Shown one piece after another: positions 9,310 to 17,866 of a DNA stretch of 19,470 nucleotides. The DNA is from Acidimicrobiia bacterium. Its GTDB lineage: Bacteria > Actinomycetota > Acidimicrobiia > Spongiisociales > Spongiisociaceae. The translations under genes and the position numbers were made by a program. The notes under the pieces were generated by a model, which was not told where the DNA came from, ran no database searches, and saw only the letters and a program-made list of their open reading frames with translations. The number at the start of each line of letters is the position of its first letter. The stretch's first letter is position 1. Location: positions 1-19,470 of the forward strand of contig JBFGLM010000073.1 in the NCBI GenBank assembly GCA_041576165.1, written 5' to 3'.

Positions 9310-10179
9310 TCAGAAATCGCCCTCGTAGCGGACCCGGTCGACGACGGTTCCGGCCGCGGTCTGCAGGATCACGGTGTCGCCGCCGTTGGACCAAACGGCA
9401 TCGTCGGCGCACCAGTACAGCTCGCGGGTGGTGTCGGTGCCACAGCCGGTGCGGATCCGGAGCCGGGCTCCGGGAGCTAGCACCGCGCCGGCGACGAACT
9501 CGTAGCGGTGAGTGGATGACTCGTCGCGCAGAATCCACCCGTCCAGCGCCACTTCTTCGGCGGCGTCGTTACGCACCTCGATCCACTCTTCCTCCTTGTT
9601 CTGCCAATCACGCCCCGGCGGGTCGTACTCGATTTCGTCGATCCGGATCCGAGGAATGGTGGACTCGTCGCAGGCTTGCGGCGCCCACATGCCGAGGCGA
9701 TCGGCGAAAGCATCGTCGGAGAGCGTGACCAGCCGGGGCTCTCGCGGGCTGCCACCCTGGAGAGCAACGGCGTGTCCCTCGGCCACCATCGTGGCGTTGA
9801 CGAATTGGCCGTTCGCATAGACGGAGCGCAGCAGGCGGCCAAAACGATCCTCGGTCTCGTCGCCCTCGGTGACCAGGATCACCGTGGTGTCGGCGAGCAA
9901 GTCACGCAGGCGGGCCCGGGCGGCGTCGCCGTGACACTCGTGTCCCTCCGGAGCGTTCATCCCGAGCATCCTGACCTCGACGACTGCGCCGTCGACCTCT
10001 GCCTCGAACGAATCACCGTCGAACACCTGCCGCACCTCGGCGGCGTCGCCTGGGGGCACGGTGAGTACGGCGGTAGTGCTGGTTACGGTCACCTGCTCGC
10101 CGAACGTCGTGGTCGGCGTGGTGGTGCTACACGCCGCCATGAGGCCGAGCAGGATTGCCGCAGGGTGGGCCCGTCTCAT
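9310..10179 (-). CDS. Thermonuclease (SNase) + lamin-tail-domain lipoprotein
   Basis: Lipobox LMAA-C; SNase motifs DGDS, VRMLGMNAPE, DRFGRLL, NATMVAEGHA; C-terminal LTD (EWIEVRN...LDGWILRD...VWSNGGDTVIL). Confidence 0.88.
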   Translation of the reverse strand: MRRAHPAAILLGLMAACSTTTPTTTFGEQVTVTSTTAVLTVPPGDAAEVRQVFDGDSFEAEVDGAVVEVRMLGMNAPEGHECHGDAARARLRDLLADTTVILVTEGDETEDRFGRLLRSVYANGQFVNATMVAEGHAVALQGGSPREPRLVTLSDDAFADRLGMWAPQACDESTIPRIRIDEIEYDPPGRDWQNKEEEWIEVRNDAAEEVALDGWILRDESSTHRYEFVAGAVLAPGARLRIRTGCGTDTTRELYWCADDAVWSNGGDTVILQTAAGTVVDRVRYEGDF

Positions 10180-10271
10180 CGGCGGACACGGTAGCCGTCG
10201 GCTGCCTCAGCGGCGGGAACCCAGGAGCTGGAAGCTTCCGATAGAGTGCGGCCGGGCCGACGAGCAGTGAG

Positions 10272-10982
10272 GTGGCGAAGAAGTTGGCGAGTCTCGATGA
10301 GCTCCAGGCTGCGGTGCTTGGAATTCCGGGGGTGATCGGGGCCGACGTGGCCGCCTCCGAGACCGGTCCACCTGCAGTTCGGGTGTGGACCGACAACAGC
10401 CGCGATCCCGAAGAGCTGCGGGCCGAGGTGAGGTCCGTCGTTGCCCGCGCCTATCGGCGCGGTCTTGCGGGCGAGTCGCCGCATGTCATCCGGGAGCCGG
10501 ACGACGCCAAACCGAATCTGCGACCGGTCGAATCCCCGCCTCTGCCACCCGGGCGGCGCAGCGGCCTGGGACGGGGGCTCGACGAGCTGTTCCGCTCAAC
10601 CGATGAGGAAGAACCCGAGGCGGCGTCCCCCTCGATGACGATCGATCTGACCGCCAAGGGGAGTCTCGACACGATCGCCATAGAAGAATCCGCCGCCGGG
10701 GTGACGGTGCGGGCGATCGACAGCGCACGGCGGGTCGCCGAGGCCAAGGTCATCGGGGGAGCGGCCTCGGTCAACCAAGCGATCGTGAGTGCCGTGGCGG
10801 AGCTCGTCGGGGAGCAGCCCGCGCCGCAGCTCATCTCCGTCGAGTTGCGCGACAGCAAGGTGGCGACGGTGTTGGTGGTGACGCTCGAGCGGGCGGACGC
10901 CACCGTGACCGCCGGCGCCGCAGTCGTGGAGGGCGGGATGCCCTTCACGCTGGGCAAGGCGACCTGGGTGGCGCTCGCCTAG
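10272..10982 (+). CDS. Hypothetical two-domain protein with internal ParB-N-terminus-like peptide
   Basis: Good high-GC coding frame between flanking genes. Two apparently folded regions are joined by a Pro/acidic linker containing RRSGLGRGLDELF. Confidence 0.75.
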   Translation: MAKKLASLDELQAAVLGIPGVIGADVAASETGPPAVRVWTDNSRDPEELRAEVRSVVARAYRRGLAGESPHVIREPDDAKPNLRPVESPPLPPGRRSGLGRGLDELFRSTDEEEPEAASPSMTIDLTAKGSLDTIAIEESAAGVTVRAIDSARRVAEAKVIGGAASVNQAIVSAVAELVGEQPAPQLISVELRDSKVATVLVVTLERADATVTAGAAVVEGGMPFTLGKATWVALA

Positions 10983-11047
10983 GGCGCACCGCATTCCAAT
11001 CGAAACGATGGCCGTTGGCTAGATGCGGCCATGGCAGAATTGCCGTC

Positions 11048-11380
11048 GTGGACATCTCATGCCCCCAGTGCGGCGAGGCCGACGATCTGACCGGCTCGCG
11101 CCGCCACGATGTCGATGAAGGTGACGTCATCGACATCGAGTGCGGTGCGTGCGGCTACGGGTGGCCGCGGCAGCTCGCCGCTTCCTGTCCGCAATGTGGT
11201 GGCACCGACATCCAGACGGTTCCGTTGGCCATTGTGGAGAAGAGTCGGGGCACCCAACTGTCCATCGTGGGCACGCGACCGCTCGACCTGTGTTCGCAAT
11301 GCGACGCCGCCACACTGGCCGGTTACCACCGCAACCGGCCCAACCCGTTGATGCCGGACGAGCTGCCCAACCTGCCCTAG
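11048..11380 (+). CDS. Small zinc-ribbon protein (four CxxC)
   Basis: CPQC, CGAC, CPQC, CSQC. GTG at 11048 preferred over TTG at 11015. Confidence 0.75.
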   Translation: MDISCPQCGEADDLTGSRRHDVDEGDVIDIECGACGYGWPRQLAASCPQCGGTDIQTVPLAIVEKSRGTQLSIVGTRPLDLCSQCDAATLAGYHRNRPNPLMPDELPNLP

Positions 11381-11413
11381 CGCCACCCAAGGTCACGACA
11401 CTTCCAGGAGCGC

Positions 11414-12877
11414 CTACGGCCGACTCATCAACTGGTCGACTGGGGCGAAGTCGTCACGCAACACATCAGCACCGTCGATCCAAGCAGCCGCCGCCTCGCC
11501 TCCCAGGGTGAGCTCGCTGCTCGCCCGTGCCGCGGTGTTGGCCATGACGGCGGCGGCGTCGAGCGGCACCTTGGAGCCGACCAACACGAAGTTGCCGCCG
11601 TCGCGGCCCGCCAGGTAGGGCTCGGGCGCCATCACGAGGACATGGGGGAAGACGGCGGCGATCGTGGCCGCCTCGGCGCGGGCGAAGCCATACGGGGGAT
11701 AGTCGATGAGGTTCATCGCATACAGCCCCTCGTCGTCGAGGCGGTCGGCGACGTCGCGCAGGAACTCCTCGGTGGTGAGGTGCCAGGGCACCGAGGGACC
11801 GCCGAAAGCGTCGCCGAGGACAAAGTCGAATGAACCGAGCGGCGCCTGGTGGATACCGAGCCGGGCGTCTCCGACCACTACGACCAAATCAGGCGATTGC
11901 ACCAGCCCCAGCTCGCGCTCCGCCAGATCGACCAACGCCGGGTCGAGCTCGAGCACGAAGTGGCTGCTTCCGGGCCGGACTGCGCTGATGTAGGCCGGGA
12001 AGGTGAACCCACCGCCGCCGACGTAGAGGTTGCGCAATGGGCCATCCGGCAGCGCCGCCAGCACGTCGGCCACGAGGCGGGCGTAGCGGAATTCGAGGTA
12101 GGTCGGGTCCTCCAAATCGACGTAGCTATGGCGCAGCGTATCGAGCCACAGAGCCCGTCCCGAGGGCCGCTCCGGGTCTACCTCGACGCGGGCACAGAAG
12201 TAGGCGGTTTCGACCTCGCACGGAGTCGGGGTGACCGCCACGATGGCAGAGCCGATGACCGCGATGGCAACGATGCTGAGCAACGAGTCGCGGGTGGAGC
12301 GGCGTCCGTATTTGAACCACGCGTAAGCGCCCATCAGAAGGAGCAGCACCGCCACCACGAGGATCACCGCTTGGCTCGGGGCGGCCGCCACGAGCACGAA
12401 CCCGGTGACGAACGTGCCGAAGATGGCTCCGGCGGACGAAACCGCAGAGAACCCGCCGACGACTTCGCCGGTATGGCCCAGGTCCTGAAGCTGGATCTTG
12501 ACGACGGTTGGCCCCACCGCCGACAGCACCAGCGCCGGCAAGAAGAAACCGACCGCGGATGCCAGCACGATCTCGAGCGGTCCGGCGGCGCGCACATTGG
12601 GGCCGATCCAGCGCACCAGCGTGGGGGAGAGGAGGGTGAGCGCCGCCCCGGCAACCAGAAGCGGCCCCAGCAACGATCCCGGATCCCGCTGGTCGGCCAG
12701 CCGGCCTCCCAGCCAGGCCCCGAGCGCAATGCCGGCGAGCACGGTGCCAATGATCCCGGTGAAGGTCTCGAGGGTGACCCCGAGATAGGGGGCCAGCATG
12801 CGTCCGGCCATGATCTCGAGAACGAGAATCGCCGCGCTGGCGAAGAATACGAGGGCGAGGGCCGTGCGGCGCTGCAT
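11414..12877 (-). CDS. Fused membrane (MFS-like) / spermidine synthase-like SAM-dependent protein
   Basis: About 7 N-terminal hydrophobic helices (LVLEIMAGRMLAPYLG, GAIFGTFVTGF); C-terminal LYVGGGGF, ELDP, GDAR, DAF and HLTTEEF motifs. Confidence 0.88.
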   Translation of the reverse strand: MQRRTALALVFFASAAILVLEIMAGRMLAPYLGVTLETFTGIIGTVLAGIALGAWLGGRLADQRDPGSLLGPLLVAGAALTLLSPTLVRWIGPNVRAAGPLEIVLASAVGFFLPALVLSAVGPTVVKIQLQDLGHTGEVVGGFSAVSSAGAIFGTFVTGFVLVAAAPSQAVILVVAVLLLLMGAYAWFKYGRRSTRDSLLSIVAIAVIGSAIVAVTPTPCEVETAYFCARVEVDPERPSGRALWLDTLRHSYVDLEDPTYLEFRYARLVADVLAALPDGPLRNLYVGGGGFTFPAYISAVRPGSSHFVLELDPALVDLAERELGLVQSPDLVVVVGDARLGIHQAPLGSFDFVLGDAFGGPSVPWHLTTEEFLRDVADRLDDEGLYAMNLIDYPPYGFARAEAATIAAVFPHVLVMAPEPYLAGRDGGNFVLVGSKVPLDAAAVMANTAARASSELTLGGEAAAAWIDGADVLRDDFAPVDQLMSRP

Positions 12878-12933
12878 GAGGCGCCAGTCTCGCGCATTTT
12901 GCCAGCGTCACATTTGTGGGCGGTGGCGCCGGG

Positions 12934-12939
12934 TATCAT
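12934..12939 (+). promoter_or_regulatory. Candidate -10 element (TATCAT) for tRNA-Val
   Basis: TAnnnT hexamer ending 16 nt before the mature tRNA 5' end. No well-spaced -35 seen. Confidence 0.4.
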
Positions 12940-12954
12940 CCCGGCTGGCAAATC

Positions 12955-13029
12955 GGGCGTTTAGCTCAGTCTGGTTAGAGCGCTTCCCTTACAAGGAAGA
13001 GGCCGGCGGTTCGAATCCGTCAACGCCCA
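12955..13029 (+). tRNA. tRNA-Val (anticodon TAC); CCA not encoded
   Basis: Acceptor stem GGGCGTT/AACGCCC, D arm GCTC...GAGC, anticodon arm CTTCC-CTTACAA-GGAAG (TAC at 12990-12992), T loop GGTTCGAATCC, discriminator A13029 followed by CGG. Confidence 0.97.
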
Positions 13030-13031
13030 CG

Positions 13032-13069
13032 GCCGGAATCCCTTATGTGGCAAGGGATTCCGGCTTTCT
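13032..13069 (+). terminator. Intrinsic terminator-like hairpin after tRNA-Val
   Basis: Perfect 13-bp stem GCCGGAATCCCTT/AAGGGATTCCGGC with 7-nt loop, followed by TTTCT. Confidence 0.8.
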
Positions 13070-14200
13070 GGTGGGGAGCTCGATGACCTCTGGTCCGCGT
13101 TTGGTCCGCGCCTGGTCCGCGCGTGAAGCGTTTCTCGCCTGTTCGAGACGGTCGGTGGCGGCTTCGTCGACGCCGTCGTAGAGGTGGCCGTAGACGTCGA
13201 ATACGGTCCGGGTGCTCTCGTGACCGAGGCGATCGGCGATGTATTTGGGGGATTCTCCTTGGGCGATGAGCAGCGCTACGTGGGTGTGGCGCAGGTCGTG
13301 GGGTGTGCACGGTGGACCCACCGAGGCGTTGACTGCGGGGTTCCAGTAGCGGGAGCGGAACCGGTTGTAGTCGAGGGGGCCTCCTTGTGTCATCGAGAAG
13401 ATCAGGTCCGATGACGAGGGATGCGTGGTGAGGTGGGCGACGAGCTCGTCGGCGAGGAATTGTGGGATCCCGATGGTGCGTCGCGCTTTGCGGGTCTTGA
13501 GGGGACTGGAAACCATTCGGCCGGTTCCTTGGCGGGAGAGCTGTTCATCGACGCGCAGGGTTCGCCGCAGGGGATCGAGGTCGCCGGTGCGCAGTGCTGC
13601 CAGCTCGCCGAAGCGGAGACCGGTGTAGGCGCCGGTGAGCACCAGGGTGCGGTAGCGGGTCTCGATGGTGTCGGCGAGGTCTTCGACCTCGCCGGGTGAG
13701 AGGAAACGCCGCTCCGGGGTCTCGATCTTGGGGAGTTTGACTTCCCGGCACGGGGAGCGGGTGATGATCCCGTCCGTGACGGCGACTCGGAAAGCGCGGG
13801 ACACGATCTGGTAGGCCTTGCTGATCGTTGCCGGCGCATAGCCGCGTTGTTCGAGGTCGGCGACTCAGCGGCGGATGTCCATGGGTTCGACGCCGGCGAG
13901 CGGTCGTTCGCCGAAGTCGGGGAGGATGAGACTGTTGAGCAGGCTTTGGTCGCGGGAGCGCGAGGACGGTCGCCGATTGAGACGGGTCGCCTCGACCTTG
14001 CCGACCCACTCGCTGAACACGGTCTGTCCGAGCGCAGGGTCCACCCAGTCGCCGCGGGCCTTGTCTCGTTCCTTCTCGATGAGCCAGCGTTCGGCGTCGA
14101 GTTTGCGGGTGAACGCTCGCGTCCGCTCCCGCCCATCGGGAGCGCGATAGCGCGCAAGGTACGGCTTGGACCGGTCTGGCCGCTTTCGGATCGATCCCAC
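13043..14200 (-). pseudogene. int: Tyrosine integrase (385 codons) interrupted by in-frame TGA at 13865-13867
   Basis: ORFs 13865-14200 and 13043-13804 are in the same frame: ...MDIRR*VADLEQRGYAPATISKAY... N-terminal arm-binding region and catalytic GLRFGE, PLKT, HDLRH, LGH, VYGH are all present. RBS GGGAGGAG upstream of 14200. Confidence 0.88.
13091..13121 (+). repeat. Three direct repeats TGGTCCGCG with 11-bp period; probable integrase arm-type sites
   Basis: Exact 9-mers start at 13091, 13102 and 13113, about 60-90 bp from the tRNA 3' end. Confidence 0.75.
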
Positions 14201-14302
14201 GATCAGTCTCCTCCCGTCGTCTCTCCGGGAATTGGTTCCGCTCTCCGGCGGATCGTGTTCAACGGTACACAGCGGCTGTGACGACCCTGTTAGAGGCGGC
14301 CA

Positions 14303-14512
14303 TCATCCGCCGGACTCGGCAGGGTGCCTGACAGGGTGGCGTTGGTGGATGATCCAGTCTTCGACGTCACACCACCGGAACCGAAGGTGCCGACCGACCC
14401 GGAACCCGGGCGGCCCTTCACGGCGGTAACGCCACCCGTAGATGGTGGCGATGGGCACTCCAAGGTAGGTGGCGAGTTCTTGGACGGTGAGGAGCGGCTC
14501 GAGAGATTCCAT
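14303..14512 (-). CDS. Excisionase / AlpA-like HTH DNA-binding protein
   Basis: MESLEPLLTVQELATYLGVPIATIYGWRYRREGPPGFRVGRHLRFRWCDVEDWI is a typical actinobacterial Xis-type winged HTH; it lies directly upstream of int. Start trimmed from 14635. Confidence 0.88.
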   Translation of the reverse strand: MESLEPLLTVQELATYLGVPIATIYGWRYRREGPPGFRVGRHLRFRWCDVEDWIIHQRHPVRHPAESGG

Positions 14513-15008
14513 GTCCTGATCTTCTGATGCAACCCTTTCACTCCAGTGCCCATGTGCGTCCGAAAACGCTGTAATCCCATTGAGATTTCGGCTGTTCTGC
14601 CTGGTCAGAGAGCATTCGCCGACTCGGCCAGCCACCGGCTGCTGCTCGCCCGGGAACGGCGCATCGAGGGCACCAAGACCTGGTGGTGGAGGCGAATTGG
14701 AGGGTTGCTGACACTTTGTTGAAAGGGTGGCCGTGTCTGATCGGGGCTATGGCCTACGTCCCGGACTCCGGCAACCTTCGATTCCCGACCGGCGGGTCCG
14801 GATCGGCAGGCACCTGGAAGTTGGATCGTTCGCGGCTTCGCCAGAACCCGACTGAACCAGCTGTTATCGAGATCCGAATCCGACGACACGCGTCCGACCG
14901 GGCAGAAGGGACCAACCACGTACGCAATGACGCTTGCTCCACTCGAGCCAACGGACCGCGTCCCTCCAGGAACGAGGGCCGCCCTCGTAGTCCCTTCTCA
15001 CCCAGCCA

Positions 15009-15035
15009 GCACGAAGGACGCACGAAGGACGCACG
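15009..15035 (+). repeat. Tandem 11-bp repeat GCACGAAGGAC x2 plus partial third copy
   Basis: Copies at 15009-15019 and 15020-15030, then GCACG; ends about 30 bp before the relaxase start. Confidence 0.7.
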
Positions 15036-15067
15036 CATCTGCAACCAGTTGCGAAGTGGAGCTCCCA

Positions 15068-17866
15068 ATGTTGAGCTTGGCTAAGGCCACCAAGGACTAC
15101 TACCTGCGGAAGCTGGGGGAGATCTCACCTGGGGAGGATTACTACCTGCGGGGCGGCACGGCCACCGGTCGGTGGCGGGGGAGCGGCGCCACCGAGCTCG
15201 GCCTTGCGGGGACGGTGACCACGGAGGGGCTGGTGCGGATGTTCGACGGGCAGCATCCGGGCACGGGTGAGCAGCTGGGTCGAAGCCTGCGCAGGGATGG
15301 AGTGGCGGCGTGGGACGTGACCTTCTCGGCAGACAAGTCGGTGTCGCTGCTATGGGCCCTTGGCGACGACGAGACCCGCAGTGAGGTGGTGGCGGCGTTC
15401 GATGAGGCCACGTCGCAGGCGTTGGGGTATTTGGAGTCGGTGGCGTCGGCGACCAGGGGCGCCTCGAAGACGCAGGTGCTTGATCGCAACGGTGACCCGG
15501 TTCTCGCCGAGGACGGGACACCCAGGTTCCGGGTGGAGACGTGGCCGATCGCCACTGCGGGATATGTGGCGGCGTCGTTCACCGAGTACACGTCCCGTGC
15601 CGACGATCCGCAGCTCCATACTCATGTGGTGGTCGCCAACAAGGTCAAGGGCGTCGACGGGAAGTGGCGCACCATCGACGGGCGACTGTTGTTCCGGTAT
15701 CAATTGGCCGCCGGGTACCTCCACGAGGCCGTCCTGAGACACGAGTTGACGCAACGGCTGGGGGTGCGGTGGCAGCCGGTACGCAACGGGATGGCCGACA
15801 TTGCCGGGTTCACCCGTGCTCAAATTGAAGCGTTCTCAACCAGACGCCATCAGCTCGAGCAGTGGCGCCAGGACCAGGGTCTCGCCGATTCGGCAGCGGC
15901 ACGCCAGGTGGCCGTGCTCGCCACCCGTACGCCGAAGACCGACCATCCGCTCGAGGCACTCGAGGGCGAGTGGCGGCGTCGCGCCGCCGAGGTGGGCTTG
16001 ACCCCCGAGTGGCTCACCCGACTGATGAGTGCCGACCGCCAGGTGACGTCCGTCGATTCGGCGAACCTGTTCGAACATCTGGCGTCACCAGATGGACTCA
16101 CCGAACGCGTCTCCACGTTCGAACTGCCCGACGTGATCAAGGACATCGCCGCCGCGCTCCCAGACGGCGGAACCAGAGACGAGATCGAGTCCCTCGCCGA
16201 AGCGTTCCTCGACGACGGCCGGGTCGTGTCGCTTGGCGGGATTCCCGCCACTGGAGTGGGGGATAACTCCGAAGTCGTCGTCGAGGCTGCCCGCAACCGA
16301 GTGAGGGACCGAGGCATCGAGGACGATGCTGGGATGATGCGACGTCGCGACGGGAGTATCTTCCCCGGTGCCCGTCACGAACGTCGCTACAGCACGACCG
16401 AGCTGTTGGAGACCGAGCAGCGGATCATCGAACATGCCATTGCCGGCATCGGCGGCGGACGTTGGAGCGCACCCAGCCGTCTCGTCGAAGCCAGGCTGCG
16501 GCGCCAGCGGCACCTCACCGATGAACAGGCCGACATGGTGCGACACTTCGCCGCCTCGGGCAACGCCATCGACATCGGGATCGGCCCGGCAGGGACCGGC
16601 AAGACCAACGTCATGGCGAGGATCCGCGAGCTCGCCGTGCTCACAGGGAGCCCGATCCTCGGTGGGGCGCTCGCCGGTAGGACCGCCGCCGGTCTCCAAG
16701 CCGCCACCGGCATCCCGTCGACCACCCTGGCCCGACTGATAGCGGACAGCGGAGACGGAGGCGGCCTTCCCCACGGTGCGATCATGGTGGTCGACGAGGC
16801 GGGGATGGTCGGCACGCGCCAACTCGCTGCCGTCGCTGACCTCGTCGAGGCAGCGTCCGGGAAGCTCATCTTGATCGGTGACGATCGTCAGCTTCCCGAG
16901 ATCGGTGCCGGCGGTCTTTTCCGAGCGCTCGCCAACCGACTCCCTGTTGCGGAACTCGCTGCGAATGTCCGTCAACGCCAGCAATGGGAGCGTGACGCCC
17001 TGGCCGACCTCCGCAACGGATCCGTCGACCAGGCGATCGAGGCGTACCGGCACCGAGGCAGGCTCATCATCGGAGAAGCCAGAAACGACACCATCGCCAG
17101 TGCAGCGGCGGATTGGCACCGGCACGTCGTACTCGCCGGTGACCTCACCTCGGGGCTGCTCATCGCGTACGACAACGACACCGTCACCGAACTCAACCAC
17201 CGGGCCCGTATGCACGTAGCTGACTCAGGACAGCTCACCGGACCGACCATCGAGGTGGGGGAGCGGACCTACCGAGCGGGGGACCGGATCCTGTGCCGCA
17301 GGAACCACAGTCGGCTCGGGCTGCTCAACGGCGACCTCGGCACGGTCGTCGCAGTCGACCAGGCCCGCACCGGCCTGATGGTTCGCCTCGACCGCGACCC
17401 TGCAATCAGGAATCTGCCCGCCTGGTATCTCGAGCAGAGTCACGTCGACCACGGCTACGCCATGACCGGCCACAAAGCCCAAGGTGTCACCACCGGTCGT
17501 ACTTTCGTGGTCGTCGACGGGACCACCGGCCGGGAATGGACCTACGTCGCGATGAGTCGAGGCCGCGAGGACAACACCCTGTATCTCGCAGGCGCCGACC
17601 CAAATGAGGAATCGTGCACCCACCTCACCCACGCCGACGCCGACGATGCTCTCGACCGCCTCACGGCCGCCCTCAATCGGCGCTCGACTCACACCGCTGC
17701 CATCGACCATGCCCGGTCGACGCTCACGGATACCACGGATCCGCTCGGCCCACCCCCACCCAGCAGCGACATCGGCGCCCGCGTCGCCTGGATCGCCGAG
17801 CGCCGAACCGTACGCGACGCAGCCGAAAGACAGTCACCGGGCCTCGATCGGGCGGTTGGCGGATGA
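15068..17866 (+). CDS. MOBF (TrwC/TraI-like) relaxase fused to RecD-like SF1 helicase
   Basis: Typical start MLSLAK; two DYY tyrosine pairs; G.W.G.GA..LGL; DVTFSADKSVS; TSRADDPQLHTH; FSTRR; helicase GPAGTGKT, VVDEAGM, LIGDDRQL, YAMTGHKAQGVT, YVAMSRGR. Start trimmed from 14927. Confidence 0.93.
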   Translation: MLSLAKATKDYYLRKLGEISPGEDYYLRGGTATGRWRGSGATELGLAGTVTTEGLVRMFDGQHPGTGEQLGRSLRRDGVAAWDVTFSADKSVSLLWALGDDETRSEVVAAFDEATSQALGYLESVASATRGASKTQVLDRNGDPVLAEDGTPRFRVETWPIATAGYVAASFTEYTSRADDPQLHTHVVVANKVKGVDGKWRTIDGRLLFRYQLAAGYLHEAVLRHELTQRLGVRWQPVRNGMADIAGFTRAQIEAFSTRRHQLEQWRQDQGLADSAAARQVAVLATRTPKTDHPLEALEGEWRRRAAEVGLTPEWLTRLMSADRQVTSVDSANLFEHLASPDGLTERVSTFELPDVIKDIAAALPDGGTRDEIESLAEAFLDDGRVVSLGGIPATGVGDNSEVVVEAARNRVRDRGIEDDAGMMRRRDGSIFPGARHERRYSTTELLETEQRIIEHAIAGIGGGRWSAPSRLVEARLRRQRHLTDEQADMVRHFAASGNAIDIGIGPAGTGKTNVMARIRELAVLTGSPILGGALAGRTAAGLQAATGIPSTTLARLIADSGDGGGLPHGAIMVVDEAGMVGTRQLAAVADLVEAASGKLILIGDDRQLPEIGAGGLFRALANRLPVAELAANVRQRQQWERDALADLRNGSVDQAIEAYRHRGRLIIGEARNDTIASAAADWHRHVVLAGDLTSGLLIAYDNDTVTELNHRARMHVADSGQLTGPTIEVGERTYRAGDRILCRRNHSRLGLLNGDLGTVVAVDQARTGLMVRLDRDPAIRNLPAWYLEQSHVDHGYAMTGHKAQGVTTGRTFVVVDGTTGREWTYVAMSRGREDNTLYLAGADPNEESCTHLTHADADDALDRLTAALNRRSTHTAAIDHARSTLTDTTDPLGPPPPSSDIGARVAWIAERRTVRDAAERQSPGLDRAVGG

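Noticed and set aside
13865-13867. TGA-as-Trp recoding or selenocysteine in the integrase
   Set aside because: Several neighbouring genes end at TGA at sensible positions, and the site is not a redox Cys position.
14605-15084. ORFs of 104-133 aa between xis and the relaxase
   Set aside because: No recognisable motif, RBS or coding-like composition; treated as non-coding control region.
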